This document shows positions 49,730 to 59,344 of a DNA stretch of 64,000 bases, in pieces. Below the pieces are notes generated by a model. That model did no database searches, was not told the origin of the DNA, and was given only the letters and a program-made list of their open reading frames with translations. This DNA comes from an uncultured virus (IMG/VR IMGVR_UViG_3300020166_000012). Lineage: Duplodnaviria; Heunggongvirae; Uroviricota; Caudoviricetes. Made by a program: the position numbers and the translations under genes. Location of the stretch: the IMG/VR virus record IMGVR_UViG_3300020166_000012. One strand, given 5' to 3'. Within the stretch, counting starts at the first letter, position 1, and every line of letters begins with the position of its first letter.

Positions 49730-50539
49730 ATTACCAAATTCTTGGTCAAATTGCAATTTAGATGTATTTGCAACTGTTTGTTTTTTCCATTCTTTATCTC
49801 GTCCAGGTACATCCCACCAGTCAACTCTAAACGGTTTATAATTATTAGTTTCTTGTACTGCGCCTTCCCATATTTTATGGAAAACATTGCCAATACCATT
49901 AGCAGTTGATGTAATAATAACTTTTGTATCTTTACCTGATGAAACCACTGGATATGTAGATGTATAAAATTCACTAGCTCTTTCAACAAAAGCAAACTCG
50001 TCTAAATACAATAATGAAACTGACATACCACGAATAGATGATCCACTTGTTGCCGCGGCAATAACCCGAGAGTTATTAGAAAATTCTATACTTCCTTTAT
50101 TTAATGCTTTACAGCCAGGCTGCAAAAAGAATGGTAAATTTTCTAGCATAAGAGTAATACGGCCAAGCATTTCGCGTGCCGTTGCGCCCTTATTAGCCAT
50201 TACTGCAATAGTTTTTTCACTATGAAAAATAGCAAACCAAAGAATATATGCTACAGAAGAAATAGATTTGCCTGATTGGCGACACGCTAAAACAATAGAA
50301 AAGCGATTATCATTAAAATGATTAAACATTTTTTCTTGATATGGATATAGCTCAAAGTTAACTAAACCACGATCTAAATGAATTACTTTGCAATAAGTTT
50401 TTGCAAAATAAACCGGGTCATACATACATTTAGCATATTCAGTAATTTCTTCTTTTGTAAATTGCTGAGTAACACCATCACGTTTTACATTTTGATTACC
50501 ATTATAAGAATCATTTAGTTGTTGATTCATTGCTATCAA
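49538..50539 (-). CDS. gp17: terminase large subunit N-part: ATPase extein plus N-intein
   Basis: LYPYQ, RQSGKS, YLDEFAF, TSTANG, QEF. Confidence 0.93.
   Translation of the reverse strand: MIAMNQQLNDSYNGNQNVKRDGVTQQFTKEEITEYAKCMYDPVYFAKTYCKVIHLDRGLVNFELYPYQEKMFNHFNDNRFSIVLACRQSGKSISSVAYILWFAIFHSEKTIAVMANKGATAREMLGRITLMLENLPFFLQPGCKALNKGSIEFSNNSRVIAAATSGSSIRGMSVSLLYLDEFAFVERASEFYTSTYPVVSSGKDTKVIITSTANGIGNVFHKIWEGAVQETNNYKPFRVDWWDVPGRDKEWKKQTVANTSKLQFDQEFGNCLKSSSQITICINNYIAEITIGNLYECIQRGSTSGLSVDEEIRLAAIRWYNDRQTYEAENGRP
49690..49697 (-). promoter_or_regulatory. T4 late promoter inside the N-intein coding region
   Basis: TATAAATA 33 nt upstream of the endonuclease ATG, AGGA RBS in between. Confidence 0.6.
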
Positions 50540-50888
50540 CTTTCACCATATCAATAATATCATTAGCTTTTGCAGCATCATGCAACATTCGCTGTAAATC
50601 TGTAGTAGAACCTAAAAATAAATTATTATTAGTAGTTCCGCCCTCAATGGATTTTTGATTGCCTTTTGAATTATATTCTTTTTTCTTTTTATGTAAATCC
50701 ATTAATCGATCATTTACATCAGAAATATTTTTTATCATCCCAGAAACAACCTCAAAGGCGCGAGGATGCTCTAATGCTTTTGCAACTTCCATCATTTCTT
50801 CAAGTGCATTATTACCCTTTTCAATTAGGTCATAATATGTTTTTCTGGAATATTCAAAATCATTATTTACATTATCAGAATCATTCAT
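50511..50888 (-). CDS. gp16: terminase small subunit gp16
   Basis: EHPRAFEV, NNNLFLGSTTDL. Confidence 0.92.
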   Translation of the reverse strand: MNDSDNVNNDFEYSRKTYYDLIEKGNNALEEMMEVAKALEHPRAFEVVSGMIKNISDVNDRLMDLHKKKKEYNSKGNQKSIEGGTTNNNLFLGSTTDLQRMLHDAAKANDIIDMVKVDSNESTTK

Positions 50889-51654
50889 TAAAATACTCTA
50901 TATCTTCATTAAATCCAAAGTCATTAGGTGGTGTTACATTTTCAGGAGATGGTGTAACAGTTATTCTTGCAATTTTTCCATCAGAATCTGCGGCAGTATC
51001 ACCAAGAATTCCAATATCTGTAATTGCTTCACGAATAAATCCTTGATTATATACTGGCCCATAAAAGAAAGTATTCATTTGAAAGTCTAATGTATATATA
51101 ATAGTTCTTCGAGTTTCCTGAGAGCCTTCAAAATCATCAGAAAATGTTACTGATTGCAAAGTAATAGGAATATCATGTTTAATATCGGTGAATTCACTAA
51201 ATGGTTTTACTGTAATACTATATTGAGGTGCAAAATATGGTATTATTTGTTCTACTATTTGTAAAGCATCATCTTGTGTTTTTGAATATACATTGAGTTG
51301 AAATGAAATCAAATATGGTACAGGTGCCAAAAATTTATTTTTATTAGTTGTACTATCAGTATAACGATAGTAATTATTCATTTTAGGTAATTTTCTTTCG
51401 GCATCATATGATATAGAAGTAATCTCAAAGGACATCCGTGGCAGCTTTAAAGCAACTTTAGTATCTGTTTCTAAATTATCAGTAGTTCTAATTCTTTCAA
51501 GAAACTTAGATCTTGGAGCATAAGCTAAAGGAACCTTGGTTTGGTTTAAAACTTTTCCATTAGCATCAGCCCGTATTACTCTAATATTATTGAAAATTGT
51601 ACCAAAAGTTGCAACAGTTTTTCGGAGTGTTTGATGATAAAAATATTGAAACAT
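50881..51654 (-). CDS. gp15: tail sheath stabilizer gp15
   Basis: VPLAYAP, LPRMSFE, EQIIPYF. Confidence 0.93.
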   Translation of the reverse strand: MFQYFYHQTLRKTVATFGTIFNNIRVIRADANGKVLNQTKVPLAYAPRSKFLERIRTTDNLETDTKVALKLPRMSFEITSISYDAERKLPKMNNYYRYTDSTTNKNKFLAPVPYLISFQLNVYSKTQDDALQIVEQIIPYFAPQYSITVKPFSEFTDIKHDIPITLQSVTFSDDFEGSQETRRTIIYTLDFQMNTFFYGPVYNQGFIREAITDIGILGDTAADSDGKIARITVTPSPENVTPPNDFGFNEDIEYFNE

Positions 51655-52568
51655 TATGTATCCTCCGGATCACCAAATGGATTTGCTTCGCTAAAATCTA
51701 AGAAATCATATACACTATTTGACGTATCAAATTCATCATTCATTTGATAATTATTATTGCCAAAGTCTTCGGTAAGTGATGCGATTGTCCTTGTAATTGT
51801 GCCTTCTGGTCTGTAATTCAAAATAGTGCCACCACTTTCAAATTCTGCCCAAACATCTGCGCTATCATGAGAAAGATTAGTAACTCTTAATTTATTTGTA
51901 TCACTATTATATGCTACCACATCTGCTGTAATAATACTGCCTGACGCAAGCTCATGCTCAATAAATTCACCTGGTAAAAAGTCTGGATTTGTACCTACTT
52001 CATCTGCATTATTTGCTAGTGTTAATATTACACCGTATGATTGATCTTCAATAGAATCAATTGCATTAATGCCAGTATCCATATCCTCATCTGCATATTC
52101 AAATAATTCGCACCGCAATTTAAATGTTGGTAAATGGCTTAACTGATAAAACGGATTTTCATGCTCTACATGCATTATTTCAAACAAAGAATTTGATAGC
52201 GGTAAATAAATTAAATCGCCTTCGTGTGGTCTTAATTCATTTAGTGCATTGTCATCGCGCCGAGCTATTTGTATCCATCTTCTTCTTGAAACCACAAAGC
52301 TAGCTTGATCTCTGATTTCTATTCCGAACCGAGTAAATAGATCACCTTCCCCATCAAAACCATCAGTATTTTCAATATACATTTCTATTTTATATGCACT
52401 ACCAAATCTTGATGCTACGTCTTCTCCAAGTATTTTATCCTCGCCAGTAATACTTCTGGGGAGATAATATACATCTTGTCCGTACATCTTTAAAGATTCA
52501 ATAACAATATCTTCATATAATAATTGTTCTGATCTTACTTTTTGCGAGAAATGAATATTTGTAGCCAT
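51654..52568 (-). CDS. gp14: neck protein gp14
   Basis: YYLPR, EGDLIYLP, FYQL, FSEANPFG. Confidence 0.93.
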   Translation of the reverse strand: MATNIHFSQKVRSEQLLYEDIVIESLKMYGQDVYYLPRSITGEDKILGEDVASRFGSAYKIEMYIENTDGFDGEGDLFTRFGIEIRDQASFVVSRRRWIQIARRDDNALNELRPHEGDLIYLPLSNSLFEIMHVEHENPFYQLSHLPTFKLRCELFEYADEDMDTGINAIDSIEDQSYGVILTLANNADEVGTNPDFLPGEFIEHELASGSIITADVVAYNSDTNKLRVTNLSHDSADVWAEFESGGTILNYRPEGTITRTIASLTEDFGNNNYQMNDEFDTSNSVYDFLDFSEANPFGDPEDT

Positions 52569-52572
52569 TAAA

Positions 52573-53325
52573 TTATCCTACAAAAAAGTCTGCCGGAAAT
52601 TCATATTCCAATCTAATAGTTTCTTCTAATTTTTCAAGTTCCGCTACGGCATCTTCATATAACTGACGGCCATTAAGGCTAACCCCACCCGGTAATTGCA
52701 TACCTTCAAACTTTGAAAGATTGGCCCCCCATTGTTTTTTAATAAGCTGGGTTGCATATTTTTTTAAAAATTTATCATCATAAACTGAAGTAAAAGTTTC
52801 TGGATCAATTGCAGAAGTGCATTCAACAATTAAATACTTTCCGGCCGTAATATCTTTATCAGCAAAGTCGCCACGAATATATAATCTGTTTTGTCTGCGC
52901 GCAAAATTAATCTGTGGTTGGCCAGTTAATTTACTATCTAATAAAGTTAACCATTGCTGCATCTGTTCATAATACGCAAGGTCCCCTGCAAAATTCTGAA
53001 GATCTGTTATATCGTTTAACATCATTTGATATTTTACATCAAACATGCCAGTAGAAGCGCCGGAAGATGATGCCGGCGGAAATAACTTAGTAACATATAA
53101 TACATTTGCAGGTAACGGAATATATTCATTAGTTACGTCATCCGCAGTAACTAAATGCTTTAAATATGTTTTAGTTGTCGCATCACTATGAAAGGTTTGA
53201 TAAAACTCAATGGCTTCATCAATTCTATCCTCTAATTGATCAGGATCAACGTTTACTTCAATGACCGGATCGCCAAGACTTCTGAGACAATACTCTATTA
53301 ATTCGTCTCTATTGGTAATTGCCAT
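52573..53325 (-). CDS. gp13: neck protein gp13
   Basis: LGDPVIEVN, QWGANLSKF...LPGG; TATAAATA at 53359-53366. Confidence 0.93.
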   Translation of the reverse strand: MAITNRDELIEYCLRSLGDPVIEVNVDPDQLEDRIDEAIEFYQTFHSDATTKTYLKHLVTADDVTNEYIPLPANVLYVTKLFPPASSSGASTGMFDVKYQMMLNDITDLQNFAGDLAYYEQMQQWLTLLDSKLTGQPQINFARRQNRLYIRGDFADKDITAGKYLIVECTSAIDPETFTSVYDDKFLKKYATQLIKKQWGANLSKFEGMQLPGGVSLNGRQLYEDAVAELEKLEETIRLEYEFPADFFVG

Positions 53326-53372
53326 GTTAAAAACTTCCTGTTGTAACTTTCTTATTAGTATTTATACTGCAT

Positions 53373-54692
53373 TTATACAAGATGTCTAGTTACTTTTGCT
53401 GCGGCATTATCCAAGCACGTATATAAATAAACTCCATCATAGGAAAAACAGAAAGAGCCACTATCTATAATTACAGGCCCTGTAGATAAAGAAGAAGTAA
53501 TTGTAGATATATCAAAAGGAGAAGTTAATTCTTTTGATCTTATCTTTTTATCATACTGGCAGTAGATATAAAGTCTAGTGCCTAGGGGGTTAAATTTAAA
53601 TGAATAGACATTTCTTGCTAAGTTGCCATGATTTGCATAAAAGTCATATGATATTCCATCTGCAATGGCAGTAGTTACTGCAAAAGGTGAAGTTAAAGTA
53701 TAAGAGCGAATTGCTACGGTAGTTTGGGTTCCTTGAAGTATAAACATTGTTAACCCATCATAACTAAAATCTACATCCCAAATATCATAGGAAGTAAAGC
53801 CTGTATTATAAAGTGATTTATTACTTTCAAGACTCATGCTGGTAACATCATAAGGAGTAGAAAGCGTATAGGTTTTGATATTGGACCCATCAGTTACGTA
53901 CATCTTAGTACCATATTGATTTATACGCAAAGAGTGATTATAGCTAGTAGTGAGGATGGCGGCGGAGTTTGTTGTAGTAACTGCCCCTGTGAGAGAGTAA
54001 GGAGTTGAGAGCTCGTACCTAATAAAGCTATTCATACTGTCATCATAACAATATAAATATCTTCCATCTCTAGTCATGTCAAGCCCAAGTAAACTATCAT
54101 TGCCAAGATCTACGTCTTGATTTTTATTTCCTATAGAAGCCGCTGAAAAGTTCCATGTGGGGACAAAAGTTAAGCTAAACGATCCAGTTGCATTAACTGC
54201 TGAGTTTATGCCGTCAGTGGCACTAAATGTTATACTAAACACTCCTTCATGTGCCGAGTTTGCACTTGGTGTAATAGTAAACACATTATCTGCTTGAGAT
54301 ATAGTAGCGCTATTCCCAAGTACTCCACTAGTAATTGAGTAGCTCCAGGTAAGAGGAAATCCATCCGGGTCTGTTGCATTGGCTGTGATAACTGTTGGGT
54401 TACCGTTTGTTGCTAGGGTATAGTTTGTCTCTACACCACTTACCGATCCAGGTGATAAGTTTTCAACTGTTGCAATTTTAAACCAGCCATTTGTTTTATA
54501 GATATACAAATTATTAGTAGCTAGTACAAATGCTTGATCACCGGTAGTCATTCCGGTTTCTGCAATCAAGGCATCCATATCTGCTAAGGTGCTGACACTA
54601 GATCCAGATTCAACTGGAGCTACATACCGTGATCTAATATTCGCAGAGCTTCCCAATAGCTTTGCTAGGTTTCTTCCGTTTGATATTGGCAT
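53373..54692 (-). CDS. virion/adhesin protein A: shared N-domain plus beta-propeller
   Basis: DPDGFPLTWSY Ig-like domain; YxLSTPYD repeats; TATAAATA at 54725-54732. Confidence 0.75.
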   Translation of the reverse strand: MPISNGRNLAKLLGSSANIRSRYVAPVESGSSVSTLADMDALIAETGMTTGDQAFVLATNNLYIYKTNGWFKIATVENLSPGSVSGVETNYTLATNGNPTVITANATDPDGFPLTWSYSITSGVLGNSATISQADNVFTITPSANSAHEGVFSITFSATDGINSAVNATGSFSLTFVPTWNFSAASIGNKNQDVDLGNDSLLGLDMTRDGRYLYCYDDSMNSFIRYELSTPYSLTGAVTTTNSAAILTTSYNHSLRINQYGTKMYVTDGSNIKTYTLSTPYDVTSMSLESNKSLYNTGFTSYDIWDVDFSYDGLTMFILQGTQTTVAIRSYTLTSPFAVTTAIADGISYDFYANHGNLARNVYSFKFNPLGTRLYIYCQYDKKIRSKELTSPFDISTITSSLSTGPVIIDSGSFCFSYDGVYLYTCLDNAAAKVTRHLV

Positions 54693-54770
54693 TGCTTAAA
54701 TCCTCATGCACCCTTCTTTATTAGTATTTATAGTATTATTTTTACATTAAAATACTATAATCCTGCTGAT

Positions 54771-56498
54771 TCAACTTCCTTTAAAAATATACGCCCTACC
54801 GGAGGCATTACCGTCAGCTTCACCTTCATTCTTACATCCAATTATAATATACTCTTCGGATATGCTTACAGCTTGGCCAAAATTATCAGATACCGGTGTG
54901 TCATAATCATTGGGATTAGCTATAGTATGCAGCAATGTGCCAGTCGTCACATCATAAACATATGCATAACCGTAGCTAGTACCTAAAGGTCCATCTTCGG
55001 CAAACGCACTAATTACAGCAAAGTTACCATCCATAGCGGCATATTGTCCGAATCTATCGTTGGCGCCAGTATCATATGCATTCGGGTTCTTTAATGTGTG
55101 TAGTAATGCTCCGGTAGTTACATTGAAAATATATGCATATCCCTCCGTTGCCCCTCCAAAATCGTCACTAGTTTCGGAAATGGTAGTGAATATTGCATAA
55201 TCTCCAGACAAACATACTTGTGCCCCAATCTTATCGTTTTGTTCAGCACCGTGTGGATTAGGGTTAGCCAATGAACGAATTAAGGTTCCGGTAGTCACAT
55301 TGTAGATATATACTGCGCCGACAGCACTCTCATCTGCAGAATTACGTTCATATTGTGCTGAAACGATAGCATAATTACCATCTATATCAACCCGGTAACC
55401 AAAATTAGCACTTGCTGTTACATAAGTACCAGGATTATCTAATGTGTGTAATAATGCTCCGGTGGTTACATTAAAAATATATGCTTTCCCTTGATAAAGA
55501 CCTACAGCATCATCTTCGGTGTACGCCCCAACAATTGCGTAATTACCTGATATTGCAACAGCAGCACCAAATCTATCGTAAGCGCTAGTAGCATATGCAT
55601 TAGGATTAGACAGTGTGTGTAATAATGCTCCGGTGGTTACATTAAAAATATATGCATTTCCACTTGAGTCCGACTCCCAACTAGACCCTACAATAAGATA
55701 ATCGCCGTCCATGTCAATCATATCATGTGCCGAACCAAAAGCGGCCGCTCCTGCATCAGTTGGATTAGGATTAGATATTGTACGAAGCAATGTTCCGGTA
55801 GTCACATTGTAGATATATATTTTGCCTGTATTGGTATAGCCAGCTTCATCTTCGCCAGTCGCAACAATTGCAGCAAGATCGCCAGACTGAGCAATAGCAC
55901 CGCCGAAGGAGTCGCCTGTTACCGTATCATATGAATTTGGATTATCTAATGTTTGTGTAAGCGTAATAGCATTAAAGCTGACTCCAAAAGATAATGTAAA
56001 GTCGCTAACCGCACTGACAACACCAGTTGCCCCATCAGTAACACTAAATGTAATACTAAATTCTCCAGCATTAGCAGTATCTGTGCTTGGCGTGATGGTG
56101 AACACATTATCTGTTTGGGATACTGTGGCTGTACTACCTAGAGATCCAGTAGTAACTGCATAACTCCAGGTGAGAGGGAAGCCTTCCGGATCATTTGATA
56201 TCGCTGTAATTACAGTTGCCGTTCCATCACTAGCTAACGCATATGCAGATTCAACACCAGAAATTGTGGTAGGTTGAGCGTTTTCGACTGTTGCAACTAA
56301 ATACCAACCAGCACCATTATATAAGTATAAGTTATTATTTGATTGTACAAATGCTTGATCGCCAACTGCCATTCCGGTTTTCGCAATCAAGGCATCCATA
56401 TCTGCTAAGGTACTAACACTAGCAGCTACATACTGCGATCTAATATTCGTAGAGCTTCCCAATAGCCTCGCAAGGTTCATTCCGTTTGATATTGGCAT
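54771..56498 (-). CDS. virion/adhesin protein B: shared N-domain plus FG-GAP-like propeller
   Basis: Repeats of FG..V.ISG.YAIVGA...AYIFNVTTGALLHTL; TATAAATA at 56527-56534. Confidence 0.8.
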   Translation of the reverse strand: MPISNGMNLARLLGSSTNIRSQYVAASVSTLADMDALIAKTGMAVGDQAFVQSNNNLYLYNGAGWYLVATVENAQPTTISGVESAYALASDGTATVITAISNDPEGFPLTWSYAVTTGSLGSTATVSQTDNVFTITPSTDTANAGEFSITFSVTDGATGVVSAVSDFTLSFGVSFNAITLTQTLDNPNSYDTVTGDSFGGAIAQSGDLAAIVATGEDEAGYTNTGKIYIYNVTTGTLLRTISNPNPTDAGAAAFGSAHDMIDMDGDYLIVGSSWESDSSGNAYIFNVTTGALLHTLSNPNAYATSAYDRFGAAVAISGNYAIVGAYTEDDAVGLYQGKAYIFNVTTGALLHTLDNPGTYVTASANFGYRVDIDGNYAIVSAQYERNSADESAVGAVYIYNVTTGTLIRSLANPNPHGAEQNDKIGAQVCLSGDYAIFTTISETSDDFGGATEGYAYIFNVTTGALLHTLKNPNAYDTGANDRFGQYAAMDGNFAVISAFAEDGPLGTSYGYAYVYDVTTGTLLHTIANPNDYDTPVSDNFGQAVSISEEYIIIGCKNEGEADGNASGRAYIFKGS

Positions 56499-56554
56499 TG
56501 CTTAAATCCTCATGCATCTTTATTAGTATTTATACTGCATTTATACATTAAATA

Positions 56555-57880
56555 CTATAATCCTGTGCTGTATTGGTAGACGGCATCAGCGGCATAGCCA
56601 ATAATATACATCTTAGAGTCATCAGGTTTGAAGGTTATTCCGCACGGACTACCATCCTGACTAGTTACGTCAAGGCTAGCATCATCGTATGAAGCGGTGC
56701 TTATATCAAAAGGGGTTGAAAGAGAATATTGGAATACTCTGTTGTTGCTTTGTCCGACTATATACATCTTAGTACCATCAGCGTTGAAGGCTAATCCATC
56801 AGGGGCGGGATCCTGACTAGCCACACTAAAGCTAACATTGTCGTATGACGCTGTATTTAGATTCCACCCTGATGATAGGGAGTATTGGTATACAGTGTCA
56901 TTGTCTCTACCAAGGATATACATCTTAGAGCCATTAGTGTTGAACCATATTCCAAACGGAGTCCCATCCTGCTGATCTACTGTAAAGCTAACATTGTCGT
57001 ATGACGCTGTATTTAGATTCCACCCTGATGATAGGGAGTATTGGTACACTGAGTCGGGGTTGTTGGTACCAACCATATACATCTTAGAGCCATTATAGTT
57101 GAAGGCTATCGACCTGGGGTAGGTGTTCTGCTGATCTACTCTAAAGCTAACATTGTCGTATGACGCTGTATTTACATTCCACGACGATGTCAAGCTATAT
57201 TGGTATACCGAGCTAGGGTTGTTGGTACCAAGGATATACATCTTAGTCCCAGCAGTGTTGAAGCGTATGCCAAAAGGGGAAGTAGTCTGACTAGCTACGC
57301 TAAAGCTCTTGTTATCGTATACCGCTTGAGATATATCGATACCAAAAGCTAATGTAAAGGCACTAACCGCACTGACAACACCAGTTGCTCCGTCAGTAAC
57401 ACTAAACGTGATACTAAATTCTCCGGCATTAGCCTCATCTGTACTAGGGGTAATGGTGAACACATTGTCCGTTTGAGATATAGAAGCGGTTGAACCCAAT
57501 GAACCCGTAGTAACGGCATAACTCCAGGTGAGAGGGAATCCATCTGGATCGGTCGATATCGCTGTAATTGTTGTTGCTGTTCCATCACTGGCTAATTCAT
57601 ACGCGGATTCAACACCAGAAATTGCGGTAGGTTGAGCGTTTTCAACTGTTGCAACTAAATACCAACCAGCACCATTGTACAAGTACAATTTATTGTTTTC
57701 TTGTACATATGCTTGATCGCCAACTGCCATTCCGGTTTTCGCAATCAAGTCGTTTAGGTTTACAAAGCTGCTAGTAGTAGATCCAGATTCAACTGTTAAT
57801 CTATTATTGGGAATATTGCCTCGCAAATCTCCACTAGTCGCAAGAAGATCTGCTAAATTGCGCATTGGTGATCGTGGCAT
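56555..57880 (-). CDS. virion/adhesin protein C: shared N-domain plus beta-propeller
   Basis: Repeats of FN..GTKMY...VYQYSLS...ASYD. Confidence 0.8.
   Translation of the reverse strand: MPRSPMRNLADLLATSGDLRGNIPNNRLTVESGSTTSSFVNLNDLIAKTGMAVGDQAYVQENNKLYLYNGAGWYLVATVENAQPTAISGVESAYELASDGTATTITAISTDPDGFPLTWSYAVTTGSLGSTASISQTDNVFTITPSTDEANAGEFSITFSVTDGATGVVSAVSAFTLAFGIDISQAVYDNKSFSVASQTTSPFGIRFNTAGTKMYILGTNNPSSVYQYSLTSSWNVNTASYDNVSFRVDQQNTYPRSIAFNYNGSKMYMVGTNNPDSVYQYSLSSGWNLNTASYDNVSFTVDQQDGTPFGIWFNTNGSKMYILGRDNDTVYQYSLSSGWNLNTASYDNVSFSVASQDPAPDGLAFNADGTKMYIVGQSNNRVFQYSLSTPFDISTASYDDASLDVTSQDGSPCGITFKPDDSKMYIIGYAADAVYQYSTGL
56827..57250. repeat. intragenic 156-159-bp tandem repeats (propeller blades)
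   Basis: TAAAGCTAACATTGTCGTATGACGCTGTATTTA at 56827, 56983, 57142. Confidence 0.85.
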
Positions 57881-57913
57881 ATTATTGTCCTATTTTAATA
57901 TATGTAATTAGTA

Positions 57914-58213
57914 TTATCCAATCCACACTTGAGTTGGTCCCACCTCGGCCTCGGCAGCAGTATCTCCCCCAATAAAGGGGGAGATAATTGGGGCAAAATT
58001 AATTGCTATATGGCTTTCACTATCAATTATTTCTAGTTGATTAACGCCAATCAACGATAAAACACTTGCGCCTAGTGTACTAGAATCCAGCTCCACAAAA
58101 GTAGATGTTGTTTTTGTTTGACCTGATAATAATATAGTAGATCCAAAAGAATCATCTGATAAATCGAAGGGACTTGCAAGTGACCCCGAATCTCCATAAG
58201 GTATCCATGTCAT
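57914..58213 (-). CDS. hypothetical protein
   Basis: 99 aa in late operon. Confidence 0.6.
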   Translation of the reverse strand: MTWIPYGDSGSLASPFDLSDDSFGSTILLSGQTKTTSTFVELDSSTLGASVLSLIGVNQLEIIDSESHIAINFAPIISPFIGGDTAAEAEVGPTQVWIG

Positions 58214-58218
58214 ATTTC

Positions 58219-59343
58219 TTACTCTGACCTAAAAGCTCGAACACCAAACATGTTGGGCTGGTATTGTAGCGTATATTTTGCACCAGAATCGTCATATATA
58301 ATTTCACTTTGCTTGGTTTGAGTTCCCATTGCAAGATACGACGTATTCGTCCGCTCAACTGGCTCGTAATAATAAAATCCAGCCAGAGTTGTAAACGGTA
58401 TGCCACGATACGGATTAAAATACATTGCTGGTACCAAAGCACCTACTTTAAGTCCATCACCATTAAAAATAGGCTTATAATTATAACTGGTACTATAGTT
58501 ATTGGATGAGTTGTAGTAATACCCAGGGCCCAGCGCCATTGGCGCGTCGTTGCCTGTGAATGCCCCCGTACCGGTATATTGAATATTATTAGCATTGACG
58601 TAATCATACGGGCCATCATCACCATTAGGCCAAGATCCATGCAATGAATGTGTAAAATAATCGTGGTAACTGTTAGTGGTACTGGTACCAAAATAATATG
58701 ATGAGTTATTACTACCGCTATAAAATCCTACCGCCGGAAAAAATGCATTCCCCGTACCTAAATATGATGCTGGCACACTCTGTAATTCGCTAACCCCAGC
58801 AAAATTATTATGAAAACCGCTTCGGCCCCCGTCATGTTCAAACCACAAATAAGCATAGTCAGCAGTGCAAGAAAAATGCCACGTCAAACTTGACTGATAT
58901 ATGCCGCTATTAGGCATCCACATCTGAGCGTTACTGGAAGTAGCATTGCTGCTACTATATGACATGTTTCCTTCATATCTTGCGGTTGCCCCATCATATG
59001 CTTTAAAACTACATTTCAATGCACCATAATAACTCTGCCCTCCATTGTTTGGACTATTTGTAATCACCCTAAAGCTTTTTTGATAACCAGCCTTATTAGT
59101 TGGTGAATTTATTTGAATAACACCGGCCCAGTTACTGTAGGTATTTGATGCTGAAGTAGTAGAACTATCAACCGTCCACCCCCCGGCTTCAGTATTGCTA
59201 ACAACCTGGAACATTGTAGTTCCTGCTGGCTGTGATATACTGGCCCCAGCAGAAGCAGCTGCAACTGCTCGTATGGTTTCAACCATACCTTTCATACCAT
59301 AGCCATTGCTACTGCTGGAAGAGACTTTAAATCTTACATACAT
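58219..59343 (-). CDS. Ser/Asn/Tyr-rich putative virion protein
   Basis: 374 aa in structural region. Confidence 0.7.
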   Translation of the reverse strand: MYVRFKVSSSSSNGYGMKGMVETIRAVAAASAGASISQPAGTTMFQVVSNTEAGGWTVDSSTTSASNTYSNWAGVIQINSPTNKAGYQKSFRVITNSPNNGGQSYYGALKCSFKAYDGATARYEGNMSYSSSNATSSNAQMWMPNSGIYQSSLTWHFSCTADYAYLWFEHDGGRSGFHNNFAGVSELQSVPASYLGTGNAFFPAVGFYSGSNNSSYYFGTSTTNSYHDYFTHSLHGSWPNGDDGPYDYVNANNIQYTGTGAFTGNDAPMALGPGYYYNSSNNYSTSYNYKPIFNGDGLKVGALVPAMYFNPYRGIPFTTLAGFYYYEPVERTNTSYLAMGTQTKQSEIIYDDSGAKYTLQYQPNMFGVRAFRSE

Positions 59344-59344
59344 C

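Noticed and set aside
56827..57250. CRISPR array
   Set aside because: Period is 156-159 bp, in frame within a protein, and the intervening segments resemble each other.
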